Assembly (NCBI GenBank): GCA_024230095.1 | Contig: JAAERS010000388.1 | Coordinates: 9,298-73,297, forward strand | DNA length: 64,000 bases | Source of the DNA: Gammaproteobacteria bacterium | GTDB taxonomy: Bacteria; Pseudomonadota; Gammaproteobacteria; Pseudomonadales; Balneatricaceae | Reading direction: 5' to 3' | Part shown: positions 36,230 to 46,894 of the stretch, piece after piece | Numbering within the stretch: position 1 is the stretch's first letter | Layout of the letters: every line of letters starts with the position of its first letter | The notes under the pieces: generated by a model | Told to the model about the DNA's origin: nothing | Seen by the model: only the letters and a program-made list of their open reading frames with translations | The model's database searches: none | Position numbers and translations under genes: made by a program

Positions 36230-37723
36230 TTAGCTTGGGAAGGCGAACTGCTTGCCTTCGCGCACACCGCTGGAAGGCCAGCGCTGAGTTACAGTCTTGC
36301 GACGGGTGTAGAAACGGATCGCATCTGGACCGTGAGCACTCAAGTCACCAAACAAAGAACGCTTCCAACCACCAAAGCTGTGGTAGGCCACAGGCACAGG
36401 CAGTGGTACGTTAATACCGACCATGCCTACTTTGATATTGTCAGAGAAGTAACGTGCTGCTTCACCGTCACGGGTGAACAAGCAGGTGCCATTACCAAAC
36501 TCGTGATCGTCGATCATCTTCATGGCTTCTTGCATCGTATCCACACGAACTACACACAATACTGGGCCAAAGATCTCTTCTTGGTAAACCACCATATCTT
36601 GGGTAACATTGTCGAACAAGGTACCGCCCACAAAGTAACCATTTTCATGGCCTTCTACGACTAGGTCACGACCATCAACAACCAAATTAGCACCCTGCTC
36701 TGCACCTTGGGTAATCAAACCCTTAATACGTTCTTGTGCCATCTTAGTAATCACGGGGCCCATTTCATTGGAAGTGTCAGTACCGTTACCAATCTTCAAG
36801 CTTGCAACTTGTGGCTTCAACTTAGCAACTAGTTCGTCAGCAGCTTCATCACCCACACAAACGACCACAGAAATGGCCATGCAACGCTCACCACAGGAAC
36901 CATAGGCCGCTCCCATCAAAGCATTTACAGCATTATCCATGTCAGCATCTGGCATAATGATAGCGTGGTTTTTAGCACCACCTAAGGCCTGTACCCGCTT
37001 ACCATTGGCGGTACCTTTGCTGTAAATGTATTCCGCAATAGGGGTAGAACCGACAAAGCTAACTGCTTGCACGCGCTTGTCTTCCAAAATGGTGTCAACG
37101 GCCACCTTGTCGCCATTAACTATGTTAAATACACCGTCCGGCAAACCGGCTTGCTTCAGCAACTCACCAATAAACATAGGTGCTGATGGATCACGCTCGG
37201 AGGGCTTCAAAACAAAGGTGTTACCGCACACCAAAGCCATAGGAAACATCCACATAGGTACCATGGCAGGGAAATTGAATGGCGTAATGCCCGCAACCAC
37301 ACCCAAGGCCTGAAATTCAGACCAGCTGTCAATGGCTGGGCCAACATTCTTGCTGTGCTCACCTTTGAGCATCTGTGGTGCACCACAAGCAAATTCAACG
37401 ACTTCGATACCACGGGTCAATTCGCCCATAGCATCATCCAACACCTTGCCATGTTCGTCAGTAAGTAGCGCACAGATTTTGGCGGCATTTTCTTCTAACA
37501 ACGCCTTAAAACGAAACATGACACGAGCACGCTTCATGGGTGGCGTATTACGCCACTCTGGAAAAGCAGCATCGGCAGCAGCTATGGCTTCTTCAACGGT
37601 CTCCTTGCTGGCCAAAGAAACCTGTTTGGTGACCGCCCCGGTGGCCGGGTTGAATACGTCTTGAGTTGGGTCATTTTGATTGTGGCTTTGCTTACCGTTA
37701 ATCAGGTGTCCTACAACTTGCAT
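36230..37723 (-). CDS. mmsA: CoA-acylating methylmalonate/malonate-semialdehyde dehydrogenase
   Basis: 497 aa aldehyde dehydrogenase. The N-terminus and the ITPFNFPAMVPMWMFP...CGNTFVLKPSE motif are characteristic of MmsA/IolA/BauC. Confidence 0.85.
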   Translation of the reverse strand: MQVVGHLINGKQSHNQNDPTQDVFNPATGAVTKQVSLASKETVEEAIAAADAAFPEWRNTPPMKRARVMFRFKALLEENAAKICALLTDEHGKVLDDAMGELTRGIEVVEFACGAPQMLKGEHSKNVGPAIDSWSEFQALGVVAGITPFNFPAMVPMWMFPMALVCGNTFVLKPSERDPSAPMFIGELLKQAGLPDGVFNIVNGDKVAVDTILEDKRVQAVSFVGSTPIAEYIYSKGTANGKRVQALGGAKNHAIIMPDADMDNAVNALMGAAYGSCGERCMAISVVVCVGDEAADELVAKLKPQVASLKIGNGTDTSNEMGPVITKMAQERIKGLITQGAEQGANLVVDGRDLVVEGHENGYFVGGTLFDNVTQDMVVYQEEIFGPVLCVVRVDTMQEAMKMIDDHEFGNGTCLFTRDGEAARYFSDNIKVGMVGINVPLPVPVAYHSFGGWKRSLFGDLSAHGPDAIRFYTRRKTVTQRWPSSGVREGKQFAFPS

Positions 37724-37770
37724 GTCTATATCCTCGTTGTTCTTTAGTATCTAGATCTAAAGAGTGTCTG

Positions 37771-39114
37771 TTAATCTAATTCGTTTATTGATTCGCCAAG
37801 GGCGTTAATCAAGCTATCAATTTCAGCTTCTTCTACACTAAATGGCAGGCCTAACTGAATAGTATCACCACCGTAACGTACGTAAAAACCCTTTTCCCAG
37901 CACTTCATAGCGATCTGGTAGGGTCGCAAGGCTGGTTCCCCTGGTGCGGCTTCAATAGTAAAGCCCGCTGCCAAACCATAATTACGAATATCCGTAATAT
38001 ATTGGGTGCCCTTAAGGTTGTGAACAGCATCTTCAAATTTACCTGATATGCTTTTTACTCTGGGGACAAGCTGTTCTTTTTCTAGCAGATCCAAAGCCGC
38101 CAAACCGGCGGCACACGCCATGGGGTGGGCTGAATAGGTATAACCATGGGGCAGCTCCAGCATATATTCAGGGCCGCCTTCTGCCATAAAGGTATCGTAT
38201 ATTTCCTGTTTGGCAATGACGGCACCCATAGGAATAACACCATTGGTCAACTGCTTGGCGGTGGTCATCAGGTCTGGCACAACGCCAAATTCTTCCGCAC
38301 CGGTATGACTACCCATACGTCCAAAACCGGTAATAACCTCATCAAAGATCAACAAGATATTGTGCTTATCACAAATTTCCCGCAAACGCTGTAGATAGCC
38401 AACCGGTGGAGGTATCACACCGGCTGATCCGGCCATAGGCTCAACGATTACTGCGGCAATATTGCTGGCATCATGCAGTATAATCTGCTGTTCCAGTTCA
38501 TTGGCCAAATGGGCTCCTGTGGCGGGCATACCCTTGGTAAAAGTATTTTCTGGCAACATGGTATGGGGTAAGTGAATAGCATCAATGCTTTGACCATACA
38601 ATGCTCGGTTTGGACTCAAGCCACCAACGCTAATGCCACCAAAATTGACCCCGTGATAACCTTTGGCACGGCCTACAAAACGAGTTTTGCCACCCTCACC
38701 CTTTTTTCGCCAATAGGCGCGGGCTATTTTTAATGCTGTGTCCACCGACTCAGAGCCAGAACCCGTGAAAAACACGCGATTAAGACCTGCTGGCATCAGC
38801 TCAACAATTTTGTTGGCCAACTGAAATGACTTGGGCTGGCCAAACTGGAAGCCTGGTGAATAATCTAACTGACTAGCCTGCTTGGCAATAGCCTCGGCTA
38901 TTTGTGGTCGACAGTGGCCCAAGCCACAGGTCCACAGACCGGATAAACCATCAAATATTTGACGCCCCTTGGCATCTGTATAATACCGGCCTTGAGCAGC
39001 TACTATCATCCGTGGATCTTTCTTGAACTGGCGGTTTGCCGTAAAGGGCATCCAGTGGGCTTGCAGCTCTGCTTGGCTCAAGCCACCCGTTAAGTCTTCA
39101 AAGGCCATACTCAT
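37771..39114 (-). CDS. Class-III (omega) aminotransferase, beta-alanine--pyruvate transaminase-like
   Basis: 447 aa with class III PLP motifs (SGSESV, DEVITGFGR, TTAKQL). It is paired with mmsA and a divergent LysR, as in bauA/bauC/bauR-type loci. Confidence 0.8.
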   Translation of the reverse strand: MSMAFEDLTGGLSQAELQAHWMPFTANRQFKKDPRMIVAAQGRYYTDAKGRQIFDGLSGLWTCGLGHCRPQIAEAIAKQASQLDYSPGFQFGQPKSFQLANKIVELMPAGLNRVFFTGSGSESVDTALKIARAYWRKKGEGGKTRFVGRAKGYHGVNFGGISVGGLSPNRALYGQSIDAIHLPHTMLPENTFTKGMPATGAHLANELEQQIILHDASNIAAVIVEPMAGSAGVIPPPVGYLQRLREICDKHNILLIFDEVITGFGRMGSHTGAEEFGVVPDLMTTAKQLTNGVIPMGAVIAKQEIYDTFMAEGGPEYMLELPHGYTYSAHPMACAAGLAALDLLEKEQLVPRVKSISGKFEDAVHNLKGTQYITDIRNYGLAAGFTIEAAPGEPALRPYQIAMKCWEKGFYVRYGGDTIQLGLPFSVEEAEIDSLINALGESINELD

Positions 39115-39258
39115 CTCCCAATGATGAAAACGAATTAATAGACCATGATAGTCGACCTATAAATTAATATAAATATGATATTATTTATCTTTATTTAACT
39201 ATATGGTTAACTTATACTGAATCTTACTTCTGCCCCTGTTCAAATAGTCAAACTAACG

Positions 39259-40170
39259 ATGCTCAATGCTCCTCTAAAACGCTTAGCCGATACCGATTTA
39301 CGCCTGCTTCGTATCTACAAAACGGTGGTAGAAGCCGGCGGTTTTGCTGCCGCTGAAGTAAACTTAGGCATTAGCCGTGCCGCGATCAGTGTCGCCATTA
39401 GTGACCTAGAAACACGGCTCAATCTGCGCTTATGTCAACGTGGTCGTGCTGGTTTCTCGGTCACTAATGAAGGCGAAAAAGTGTATCAGTCAAGCATGCA
39501 GCTATTCACCGCCATTGAGTCCTTTCGAACGGAGGTCAATAGCTTTCACGACCAGTTACAAGGTGAATTTAATATAGGCATCACTGACAACTTGGTTACC
39601 ATGCCTCATATGCACATCACCAATAGTTTAGGTCAGCTCAAACAACAAGGGCCCCAGGTGCAAATAAACATTAGCATGATACCCTCTCAGCGTATCGAAC
39701 AGGGAATTCTTGATGGCCATCTGCATGCCGGGGTTATTGCCGATACTCACCGTCTACCAGAGCTAGAGTACCAACCCCTTTACACCGAAGACTCTCGGCT
39801 CTATTGCAGCCATGACCACCCACTGTTTGCAAGGGCCACCCTAGTGGAGAATAAAAAACAGCTAGCAAACTATGACGCTGTGGCGCCGGCTTATGCGCAA
39901 ACGGCTGATATCAAACTGCATTATCAAGGTCTCAATGCTACAGCCACGGCAACCGATCGCGAGGGTGTGGTATTTTTAATTTTGACAGGCGCGTATATCG
40001 GTTACTTACCCGTACACGTGGCACAACGGTGGGTTGATCAGGGGAAAATGCGAGAGTTGGCGCCAGAACAGTGCCAATTCGCTACCAATTTTGCCATCAT
40101 TACCCGTAAAGGGCGACGTCATAATTCGATTTTGGATTATTGGCTGCACTCATTGTTAGCAACGCCTTAA
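39259..40170 (+). CDS. LysR-family transcriptional regulator
   Basis: N-terminal wHTH. It is divergent from the aminotransferase-mmsA pair. Confidence 0.9.
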   Translation: MLNAPLKRLADTDLRLLRIYKTVVEAGGFAAAEVNLGISRAAISVAISDLETRLNLRLCQRGRAGFSVTNEGEKVYQSSMQLFTAIESFRTEVNSFHDQLQGEFNIGITDNLVTMPHMHITNSLGQLKQQGPQVQINISMIPSQRIEQGILDGHLHAGVIADTHRLPELEYQPLYTEDSRLYCSHDHPLFARATLVENKKQLANYDAVAPAYAQTADIKLHYQGLNATATATDREGVVFLILTGAYIGYLPVHVAQRWVDQGKMRELAPEQCQFATNFAIITRKGRRHNSILDYWLHSLLATP

Positions 40171-40210
40171 CAGGATCACCCACACACCTTAAAGCAACCA
40201 CCTAGCTTTA

Positions 40211-41116
40211 CTAAGCTGCCTTAAGTGTCGTTTTTCGACGTGCCAGAGCCACGCCACAGGCAATTAACGCTACCCCCAGCAAAGCCTGTACACCGAGCTC
40301 CTCGCCAAACCACCACCAAGCCTGTATAGCCACCACCGGTGGCACTAAATAGAACAAACTGGCCACTCTTGCCGATTCGCCCAAGTTTATCATCAGCATC
40401 AGCAACAAGATGGCACCAATGGACAAGGCCAGCACCTGCCATGACAGGCTCAATACAAATGCCCACTGCCAATCCACTACCCGCTCTTCAAACGCTAGGG
40501 CTATAAACACACAAAAAATGGTGGCGGCAAAGTACTGCCACCATATAGACGCTAATAAATCGATTCCCTGACAGTATTTTTTTTGATACGTGCTACCCAC
40601 GGAAATACCCATCAGCGATGCCACCACTAATACCGCTGACCAACCTGAAAAACCGTCAAATAGCTGTTTTGCATCAATGGCAAAGCGTTCTGCCAAAACC
40701 AAATACAAACCCACCAAACCAATCGCTAAACCTAACCACTGCCAGGGTGTTACCCGTTCTTTTAGCATAAGACCGGCCAACAGGGCCATGACCAGTGGTT
40801 GCAAGCCAATCACCATGGAACTCATTCCAGCGGGCATGCCTAGGGCAATGGCCTGGAATACGCCGCCTAAATAAACACCATGGATCAACAAGCCAACGAT
40901 CATACTGTGTAACCACAAACGAGGATTGTTTGACCACTTGGTTTTAAATAGTGGCATGATCAATAACAGTACCAGCATGGCACAAGCAAAACGGATGCTT
41001 AAAAGAGTGAATGGCTCGGCATAAGGTTGTCCGAACTTGGCCACCAAAAAGCCGGTACTCCATACCCAAACAAATACCCATGGCATTAGTGCCACAAACC
41101 AAGTTGGTGCTGTCAT
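40211..41116 (-). CDS. EamA/DMT-family transporter
   Basis: 301 aa with 10 predicted TM segments in a two-EamA-repeat layout. Confidence 0.8.
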   Translation of the reverse strand: MTAPTWFVALMPWVFVWVWSTGFLVAKFGQPYAEPFTLLSIRFACAMLVLLLIMPLFKTKWSNNPRLWLHSMIVGLLIHGVYLGGVFQAIALGMPAGMSSMVIGLQPLVMALLAGLMLKERVTPWQWLGLAIGLVGLYLVLAERFAIDAKQLFDGFSGWSAVLVVASLMGISVGSTYQKKYCQGIDLLASIWWQYFAATIFCVFIALAFEERVVDWQWAFVLSLSWQVLALSIGAILLLMLMINLGESARVASLFYLVPPVVAIQAWWWFGEELGVQALLGVALIACGVALARRKTTLKAA

Positions 41117-41262
41117 AGCGAATCACAGTTGATAGATTAAGCCAGCATCATACTTGAGTTCGCTGATGAGTTCAGCTCCTAGTGCGGTCTGCTAAGCTAT
41201 ATTGTCACTTGCATGAATTAGATAGATTAATTCAACTATAGATTCTTCCATGTGTTTATGGA

Positions 41263-41919
41263 ATGATAATGCTAGTCAATGCTATTAATGGCCCCCATAT
41301 GAACGCACTATCTGACTCTTTGCTACTGGACACTTTACAACAATACTTAGACAGCAACCCCCTACCAGACGAGTTGTGGGTGTTTGCCTATGGTTCGTTA
41401 TTATGGAATCCAGAAATGAGCATTGTTGAAACCCGACACGGCTTTGTAGATGGTTACGAACGCGGCTTCAACTTGCTATCTACTGTGCACCGTGGGACGC
41501 CAGAACAACCCGGTTTAGTTTTGTCACTGCGAGAAGGTGGCTGCTGCGAGGGTGTGGTTTTAAAAGTCAATCCAGAAACCAAAATGCAGGATTTCACCAA
41601 CCTATGGCGCCGTGAGATGGTGACTTTATTTTACCAACCGCGGTGGTGTGAAGTGTCAACCCCCAAAGGCACTGTTCGTGCTATCACCTTTGTCGCCGAC
41701 CCTGAACACAAACAGTTTGTTGACTTCGACTGCCACACAGTGGCAGAAATGATCTACCGGGCCCATGGCGGGCGCGGCCCAAATATTGATTACTTCACGA
41801 ATACGCTCGAACACCTTGCCTCGTTAGGCATCAAAGACCCCCTATTTGAATCTGTAGCACGATACCTAGGAAAAATCGACGCACCGCAACCAGCAACAGA
41901 AACTTTGAACATGGCATAA
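41263..41919 (+). CDS. chaC: ChaC-family gamma-glutamylcyclotransferase (glutathione-specific)
   Basis: WVFAYGSLLWNP motif and ChaC-like core. The start is uncertain (41263, 41269 or 41299). Confidence 0.75.
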   Translation: MIMLVNAINGPHMNALSDSLLLDTLQQYLDSNPLPDELWVFAYGSLLWNPEMSIVETRHGFVDGYERGFNLLSTVHRGTPEQPGLVLSLREGGCCEGVVLKVNPETKMQDFTNLWRREMVTLFYQPRWCEVSTPKGTVRAITFVADPEHKQFVDFDCHTVAEMIYRAHGGRGPNIDYFTNTLEHLASLGIKDPLFESVARYLGKIDAPQPATETLNMA

Positions 41920-41924
41920 CAAGG

Positions 41925-42158
41925 CTATTTTTCTAACTGGTAAAATGACTCCACCAAGTTGTCCATTTGCTTACTAACGCTAGCTTGCGCGTCATAGATG
42001 CCTTGGTTATAAAAGTGTGGCCCCAATTTTTCAACAATAAAGTCCAACAAAAATTCAGCCTCAAACTGCCCCAAAGCTCGGTCTAACTCCATTTCCATGT
42101 AGTTCTGCAGTTCACCTATCAATACATCACGCTGAGATTTTTCTAGCGCGATAGTCAT
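41925..42158 (-). CDS. DUF2164-family small protein
   Basis: 77 aa. The GQFEAEFLLDFIVEKLGPHFYNQGIYDAQ pattern is typical of DUF2164. Its start overlaps the MarR stop by 4 nt. Confidence 0.6.
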   Translation of the reverse strand: MTIALEKSQRDVLIGELQNYMEMELDRALGQFEAEFLLDFIVEKLGPHFYNQGIYDAQASVSKQMDNLVESFYQLEK

Positions 42159-42595
42159 GCAATGGGGTCCAGCTTATCAACAATAGTCGCTAACTGCTGG
42201 CGTTCTTCAGGTGTTAAGCAAGCCAGTAACTGCTCTTCCCAGGCTTGCATTAACGGGGTAATGGTTTCGTAAAGGCCGCGCCCCTGAGTAGAAAGATCCA
42301 AAAAAACAGCCCGTTTATCTGTTTCTGATGGTTGCCTAGACAAATAATCAAGATCGGCTAAACCCGATACCGAACGAGAAATTTTCACCTTATCCATATA
42401 AGTCAGGTCAGCAATTTTTTTGGCTGTCATTGGGCCATATTGCCCCAATAGAGCAATGATTCGCCACTGCTCTTTGGTAATGCCAAAACGCTGGGTGTAG
42501 ATAGTCGCCACACGATTACTTACATTGTGAGCCATGCGGTTAAAGCGATAAGGCATAAAGTTGTGCAAATCCAGAGAGATACTCATATTCATCAA
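42155..42595 (-). CDS. MarR-family transcriptional regulator
   Basis: 146 aa winged-helix protein (EQWRIIALLGQYGPMTAKKIADLTYMDKVKISRSV). Confidence 0.85.
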   Translation of the reverse strand: MMNMSISLDLHNFMPYRFNRMAHNVSNRVATIYTQRFGITKEQWRIIALLGQYGPMTAKKIADLTYMDKVKISRSVSGLADLDYLSRQPSETDKRAVFLDLSTQGRGLYETITPLMQAWEEQLLACLTPEERQQLATIVDKLDPIA

Positions 42596-42680
42596 ACCTA
42601 ATGATTAGATTAGCCACATTATAACAAGGCCCTGCCAACGAGCAAAATTCTCTGCTAATAACTAAGCAAAAAAATCTGGC

Positions 42681-43880
42681 CTAGGTATCTGTGGTTGTAA
42701 ATGAGGGCCGTTGCCATTCATTCCCAGCATCTGGATGCTTAGGTACCCATAGTGCCAAATATAGCGAAACACAAGCCATTGCGGCCCCCGACAAGAATAC
42801 CGCTAGAGGGCTCCACAACCAAAGTACGCCTAAGACAGCAGGCAAGATAACCGCGGCAATATGATTGATAGTAAAAGACACACCAGCAGTGGATGCCATA
42901 TCAGCAGGATCGGCAATCTTTTTGATATACGAACTTTGCGCAATGGCCATGGCAAACAGAATATTATCCAGCACGTAAAGCCCTACAGCTGCGGGTACCG
43001 AATCCACCCAACCATAGGCTGAAAACACCACAATAAGCCCGATATATTCCAGCTGTAAACTGATTCGCTCACCAAAACGGGCCACAAACTGACCAATTTT
43101 AGGAGCCAACCACATATTCACAGCGCCATTTAAAAGAAAAACCAAAGCCACTTCTTGTGCACTAAAATGAAATTTTTCTACCAACAGTAACACTGCAAAA
43201 ACAAAGAATATTTGCCGCCGTGCGCCGCCCATAAAAGTTAAGGCGTAGTACAACATATAACGTTTACGAAAGACCAAGCGTTTATGCTGCTCTACCCCAA
43301 CCCGATAAATTGGAAACAAGGTGGCAACAACAAGAGCCAATATCACCGTAACCCCACCGCCGATCAGCATAGTCTGCTGTAAGTTAAATTGCATATACTC
43401 AATAGCCAACCAGGCCCAAGCGTAGGATAGCAAGGCCGCACCAGAACTCACGGCCACCAAATTACCCATTTTCACGGGTGCTTCCTGTTTGCTAAACCAT
43501 TGCAAAGTTAACGACTGGCGAACCGTCTCATAGTAATGAAAGCCCAAAGACATCAACATGGTGGTCAACAACAACCCCGAAAAACTTGGCAGATAACCCG
43601 TCAAAGCAACCCCTACCCCTAACATCAATAAAGACATCAAAGCCAAGCGCTGTTCGTTTAAAATTAGTAACAGCCAAACCACAGCAAATGCTAAAAAACC
43701 AGGCACTTCTCGCCATGATTGCAGTACCCCGATGTGAGCGCCATTGAGCCGCACGATATCAACAGCAAAATTATTAAATAACGCCATCCAGATACCAAAC
43801 GCAAATGACATGGCAAATGTCATCAAATACAACACCATGGCAGGGGTGCGCCAATAAGCTGTATTAAGAAATTTTGACAT
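42681..43880 (-). CDS. MFS transporter
   Basis: About 400 aa with 12 TM segments. The ATG at 43880 (MSKFLNT..) is preferred over the upstream track start. Confidence 0.8.
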   Translation of the reverse strand: MSKFLNTAYWRTPAMVLYLMTFAMSFAFGIWMALFNNFAVDIVRLNGAHIGVLQSWREVPGFLAFAVVWLLLILNEQRLALMSLLMLGVGVALTGYLPSFSGLLLTTMLMSLGFHYYETVRQSLTLQWFSKQEAPVKMGNLVAVSSGAALLSYAWAWLAIEYMQFNLQQTMLIGGGVTVILALVVATLFPIYRVGVEQHKRLVFRKRYMLYYALTFMGGARRQIFFVFAVLLLVEKFHFSAQEVALVFLLNGAVNMWLAPKIGQFVARFGERISLQLEYIGLIVVFSAYGWVDSVPAAVGLYVLDNILFAMAIAQSSYIKKIADPADMASTAGVSFTINHIAAVILPAVLGVLWLWSPLAVFLSGAAMACVSLYLALWVPKHPDAGNEWQRPSFTTTDT

Positions 43881-44016
43881 AAAATGAGCAGGCCGCAAGG
43901 TAAGTGGATAATCACAGTCTAGCAAATAATATACGGCATAGCAGCAGCACTGCTTGGTTGCTTGGTTTTCGTCCCCATATAAAGAACTTATGTATTAACC
44001 AAATATATACTTTCCC

Positions 44017-45822
44017 ATGAGTGAACAACAGCAAGCCAAGCGTTTTTCTACCGCCGAGACAGGCAACAAAAAGGGCGCTAGTGCCGACAAGGCCGGGATG
44101 CAATTACTCTTGCAACTACTGCCATTTGTAAAGCCATATCGCAAGATGGTGGCCGCTGCCATATTGGCACTAATCCTCACTGCAGGAGTTTCCTTAGCTC
44201 TAGGGCAAGGCATTCGCATCCTTGTCGACCAAGGCTTCTCGGCAGACCCAGCACTGCTAAATCAAGCCATGGTCATTTTAGCAAGCATCACCGTTGCCCT
44301 AGCCTTTGGTACATTTATCCGTTTTTACCTAGTATCCTGGTTGGGTGAACGAGTCAGCAATGATATCCGTCTTGCCGTATTTAAACACCTGCTCACCCTA
44401 CATCCCCATTATTTCGAAGAAAACCGTAGCGGCGAAATAAATGCGCGACTAACTACCGACACCACCTTACTTCAGTCCATCATTGGTTCGTCCATTTCTA
44501 TGGCCTTGCGCAATATTCTGACCTTTACAGGTGGTCTAATAATGATGCTGGTCACCAATCTCAAATTAGCCTTGATTGTGCTGGCCAGTGTGCCACTGAT
44601 CGTGCTACCCATGATGATGTATGGTCGTCGCGTACGCAGTCTATCGCGAGAGAGTCAAGATACGGTCGCTGAAGTAGGCACCTATGCTGGTGAAATCGTA
44701 CAGAATATTAAAGTTGTGCAAGGATTTACGCGCGAAAGTGAAGAGAGCAAGGCATTTAGCGGCGAAGTTGAAAAAGCATTTGCCGTGGCCAAGCGCCGAA
44801 TATTGCAGCGTTCACTGCTAATTATCATCGCTATGACGTTGGTATTCACCGGCCTATCAACCATGATTTGGGTGGGTGCTCAGGATGTCGGCAGCGGCCT
44901 TATCAGCTCTGGAGAGTTATCTGCCTTTGTATTTTACGCCATCATGGTGGCCATGGCGGTTGCCACTATATCTGAGGTATATGGCGAATTGCAAAGAGCC
45001 GCCGGTGCCACCGAACGCCTGATGGATTTGCTTACTGCAAAAGCCGAAATTGCCGCTCCGGAACAACCACAAGGTTTGCCAGCAGGCCCCTTGCCCCTGC
45101 GCTTTGAAAACGTCACCTTTGCCTATCCATCGCGCCCCGAACAAAATGCCTTAGCCAATCTTAATTTTGTCATCAGCGCGGGAGAAACCGTTGCCATAGT
45201 GGGCCCATCCGGCGCTGGCAAAACCACTTTATTTGAAATGCTACAGCGCTTTTATGACCCACAGCAGGGACAAATCCAGGTGGCAGATACGGCCATTAAG
45301 GAACTTAGTCCACAAGATTTGCGCCAACATCTGGGCGTGGTACCTCAACAACCGACTTTGTTTAGCAGTGATGTATGGCATAACATTCGCTATGGCAACC
45401 CCGAGGCCACCGATGAACAAGTGCGCCAAGCAGCACAGCAAGCCAACGCCCACGATTTCATTGAACGCTTGCCCCAGCAATACGACAGTTTTTTAGGTGA
45501 ACAAGGCGTACGCCTATCCGGCGGGCAACGTCAGCGCATTGCTATTGCCCGTGCCATGCTGAAAAACCCCGCTATCTTATTACTCGATGAAGCTACCAGC
45601 GCCTTGGATGCCGAAAGTGAAGCCAAGGTTACCACTGCCTTGCAAGAACTTATGCAAGGGCGCACCACCTTGATCATTGCCCACCGTTTGGCTACAGTCA
45701 TGCATGCAGACAGGATTTTACTGATGGATGAGGGCCAAATCATCGCCCAGGGTAAACACCAGGAGCTTTTAGCCAATTCCGATCTCTATCAGCGTCTATG
45801 TAAGCTGCAATTTGATCACTAG
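44017..45822 (+). CDS. ABC exporter, fused TMD-NBD (ABCB/ATM1/MsbA-like half transporter)
   Basis: 601 aa with Walker A GPSGAGKTT, LSGGQRQR and ILLLDEATS. Confidence 0.9.
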   Translation: MSEQQQAKRFSTAETGNKKGASADKAGMQLLLQLLPFVKPYRKMVAAAILALILTAGVSLALGQGIRILVDQGFSADPALLNQAMVILASITVALAFGTFIRFYLVSWLGERVSNDIRLAVFKHLLTLHPHYFEENRSGEINARLTTDTTLLQSIIGSSISMALRNILTFTGGLIMMLVTNLKLALIVLASVPLIVLPMMMYGRRVRSLSRESQDTVAEVGTYAGEIVQNIKVVQGFTRESEESKAFSGEVEKAFAVAKRRILQRSLLIIIAMTLVFTGLSTMIWVGAQDVGSGLISSGELSAFVFYAIMVAMAVATISEVYGELQRAAGATERLMDLLTAKAEIAAPEQPQGLPAGPLPLRFENVTFAYPSRPEQNALANLNFVISAGETVAIVGPSGAGKTTLFEMLQRFYDPQQGQIQVADTAIKELSPQDLRQHLGVVPQQPTLFSSDVWHNIRYGNPEATDEQVRQAAQQANAHDFIERLPQQYDSFLGEQGVRLSGGQRQRIAIARAMLKNPAILLLDEATSALDAESEAKVTTALQELMQGRTTLIIAHRLATVMHADRILLMDEGQIIAQGKHQELLANSDLYQRLCKLQFDH

Positions 45823-45838
45823 CTAGGGGCAAAATCCC

Positions 45839-46894
45839 ATGTTGCAAAAACCCGACCCCGCCCAAGAACAGCATCTACTGCGAGACGGTTATTGGGATCG
45901 CACCGCCATTATTAAAGCCAGCGATGGTAGCCTTCGCGTGCGTAAAATCAGCAAAGGCAGTGACTCTGCGGGCCCTTGGGGAAGAGACAATTTACGTGCT
46001 GAGGCGCGCTATTTAACTAACCTAGAAGAACCCCTTGTGGATTTCTTTCCAACCCTAATCCAGCATTGGGACGGGGCGAGCACAGGTTATGACATGGCTT
46101 ATATGGAAGGTTATGTGGACGTTGGGCAAGTGGCTCGTAACCAGCTATTCAGTCAAGCCCAAGCTGATGCTATGCAACGCTACCTGGGCAGTCGTCTACT
46201 GCAACAAGTGCACGTCTCATCAGATTCAACACCGTGTTTGGTCGCCAATATCAAGAGCACTTTTAACAAGGCCTTAGGCTGCTTGCAAGCACACCCTCAG
46301 CTACATTGTTTAGTGCACTCTATTTCGGTAAACGGCCTGCCAGTAAATACGCTGGAACAGCAGCTTAGTAACATTTTTAGCGGTGCTTTGTTGCCGCGTA
46401 TGGATGCCAGCCCGCAGGTACGCTTACATGGTGACTTGTTTCTGGAAAACATGCTACTACCCGCCGTTGATCCGGGTGTTAACTGGCCCCAGCTCTTAGT
46501 TTTGATCGACCCTATCTCTGTCGCTGGCATAGGCACAGGCCATCCACTTTTTGACCTTGGCAAATACGAATCTTATGCCACCGGCGAGTTGCCAGCCATG
46601 CGCCAAGAACGCCTGCGGTTAGAAGGCTTTGAAGAATCGACAAATAATTTGCAACCCGGTCAGTATCGATGGGCGATTGATTGGCAGGACAACGCTCTGG
46701 CAGGCTTTAAAAACATCAACTGGCACAACCAGTTGCGCCAGCTTTATGTACAACATTATGGACCAATAGACCGTGCTATGTATGAGTTACTGCAGGCTTA
46801 CTACGCCGCAGCCATGGTCGTTTGCACTACGGGCAAAGAACAACAGGCACGCACTTTAAAGATGCGCAGCAGCTTACAACTAGCTTTGACGTAA
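45839..46894 (+). CDS. Aminoglycoside/choline-kinase-like phosphotransferase (APH fold) of unknown substrate
   Basis: RLHGDLFLENMLL (HGDxxxxN catalytic loop) and VLIDP (metal-binding Asp). It lies 16 nt downstream of the ABC exporter. Confidence 0.6.
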   Translation: MLQKPDPAQEQHLLRDGYWDRTAIIKASDGSLRVRKISKGSDSAGPWGRDNLRAEARYLTNLEEPLVDFFPTLIQHWDGASTGYDMAYMEGYVDVGQVARNQLFSQAQADAMQRYLGSRLLQQVHVSSDSTPCLVANIKSTFNKALGCLQAHPQLHCLVHSISVNGLPVNTLEQQLSNIFSGALLPRMDASPQVRLHGDLFLENMLLPAVDPGVNWPQLLVLIDPISVAGIGTGHPLFDLGKYESYATGELPAMRQERLRLEGFEESTNNLQPGQYRWAIDWQDNALAGFKNINWHNQLRQLYVQHYGPIDRAMYELLQAYYAAAMVVCTTGKEQQARTLKMRSSLQLALT

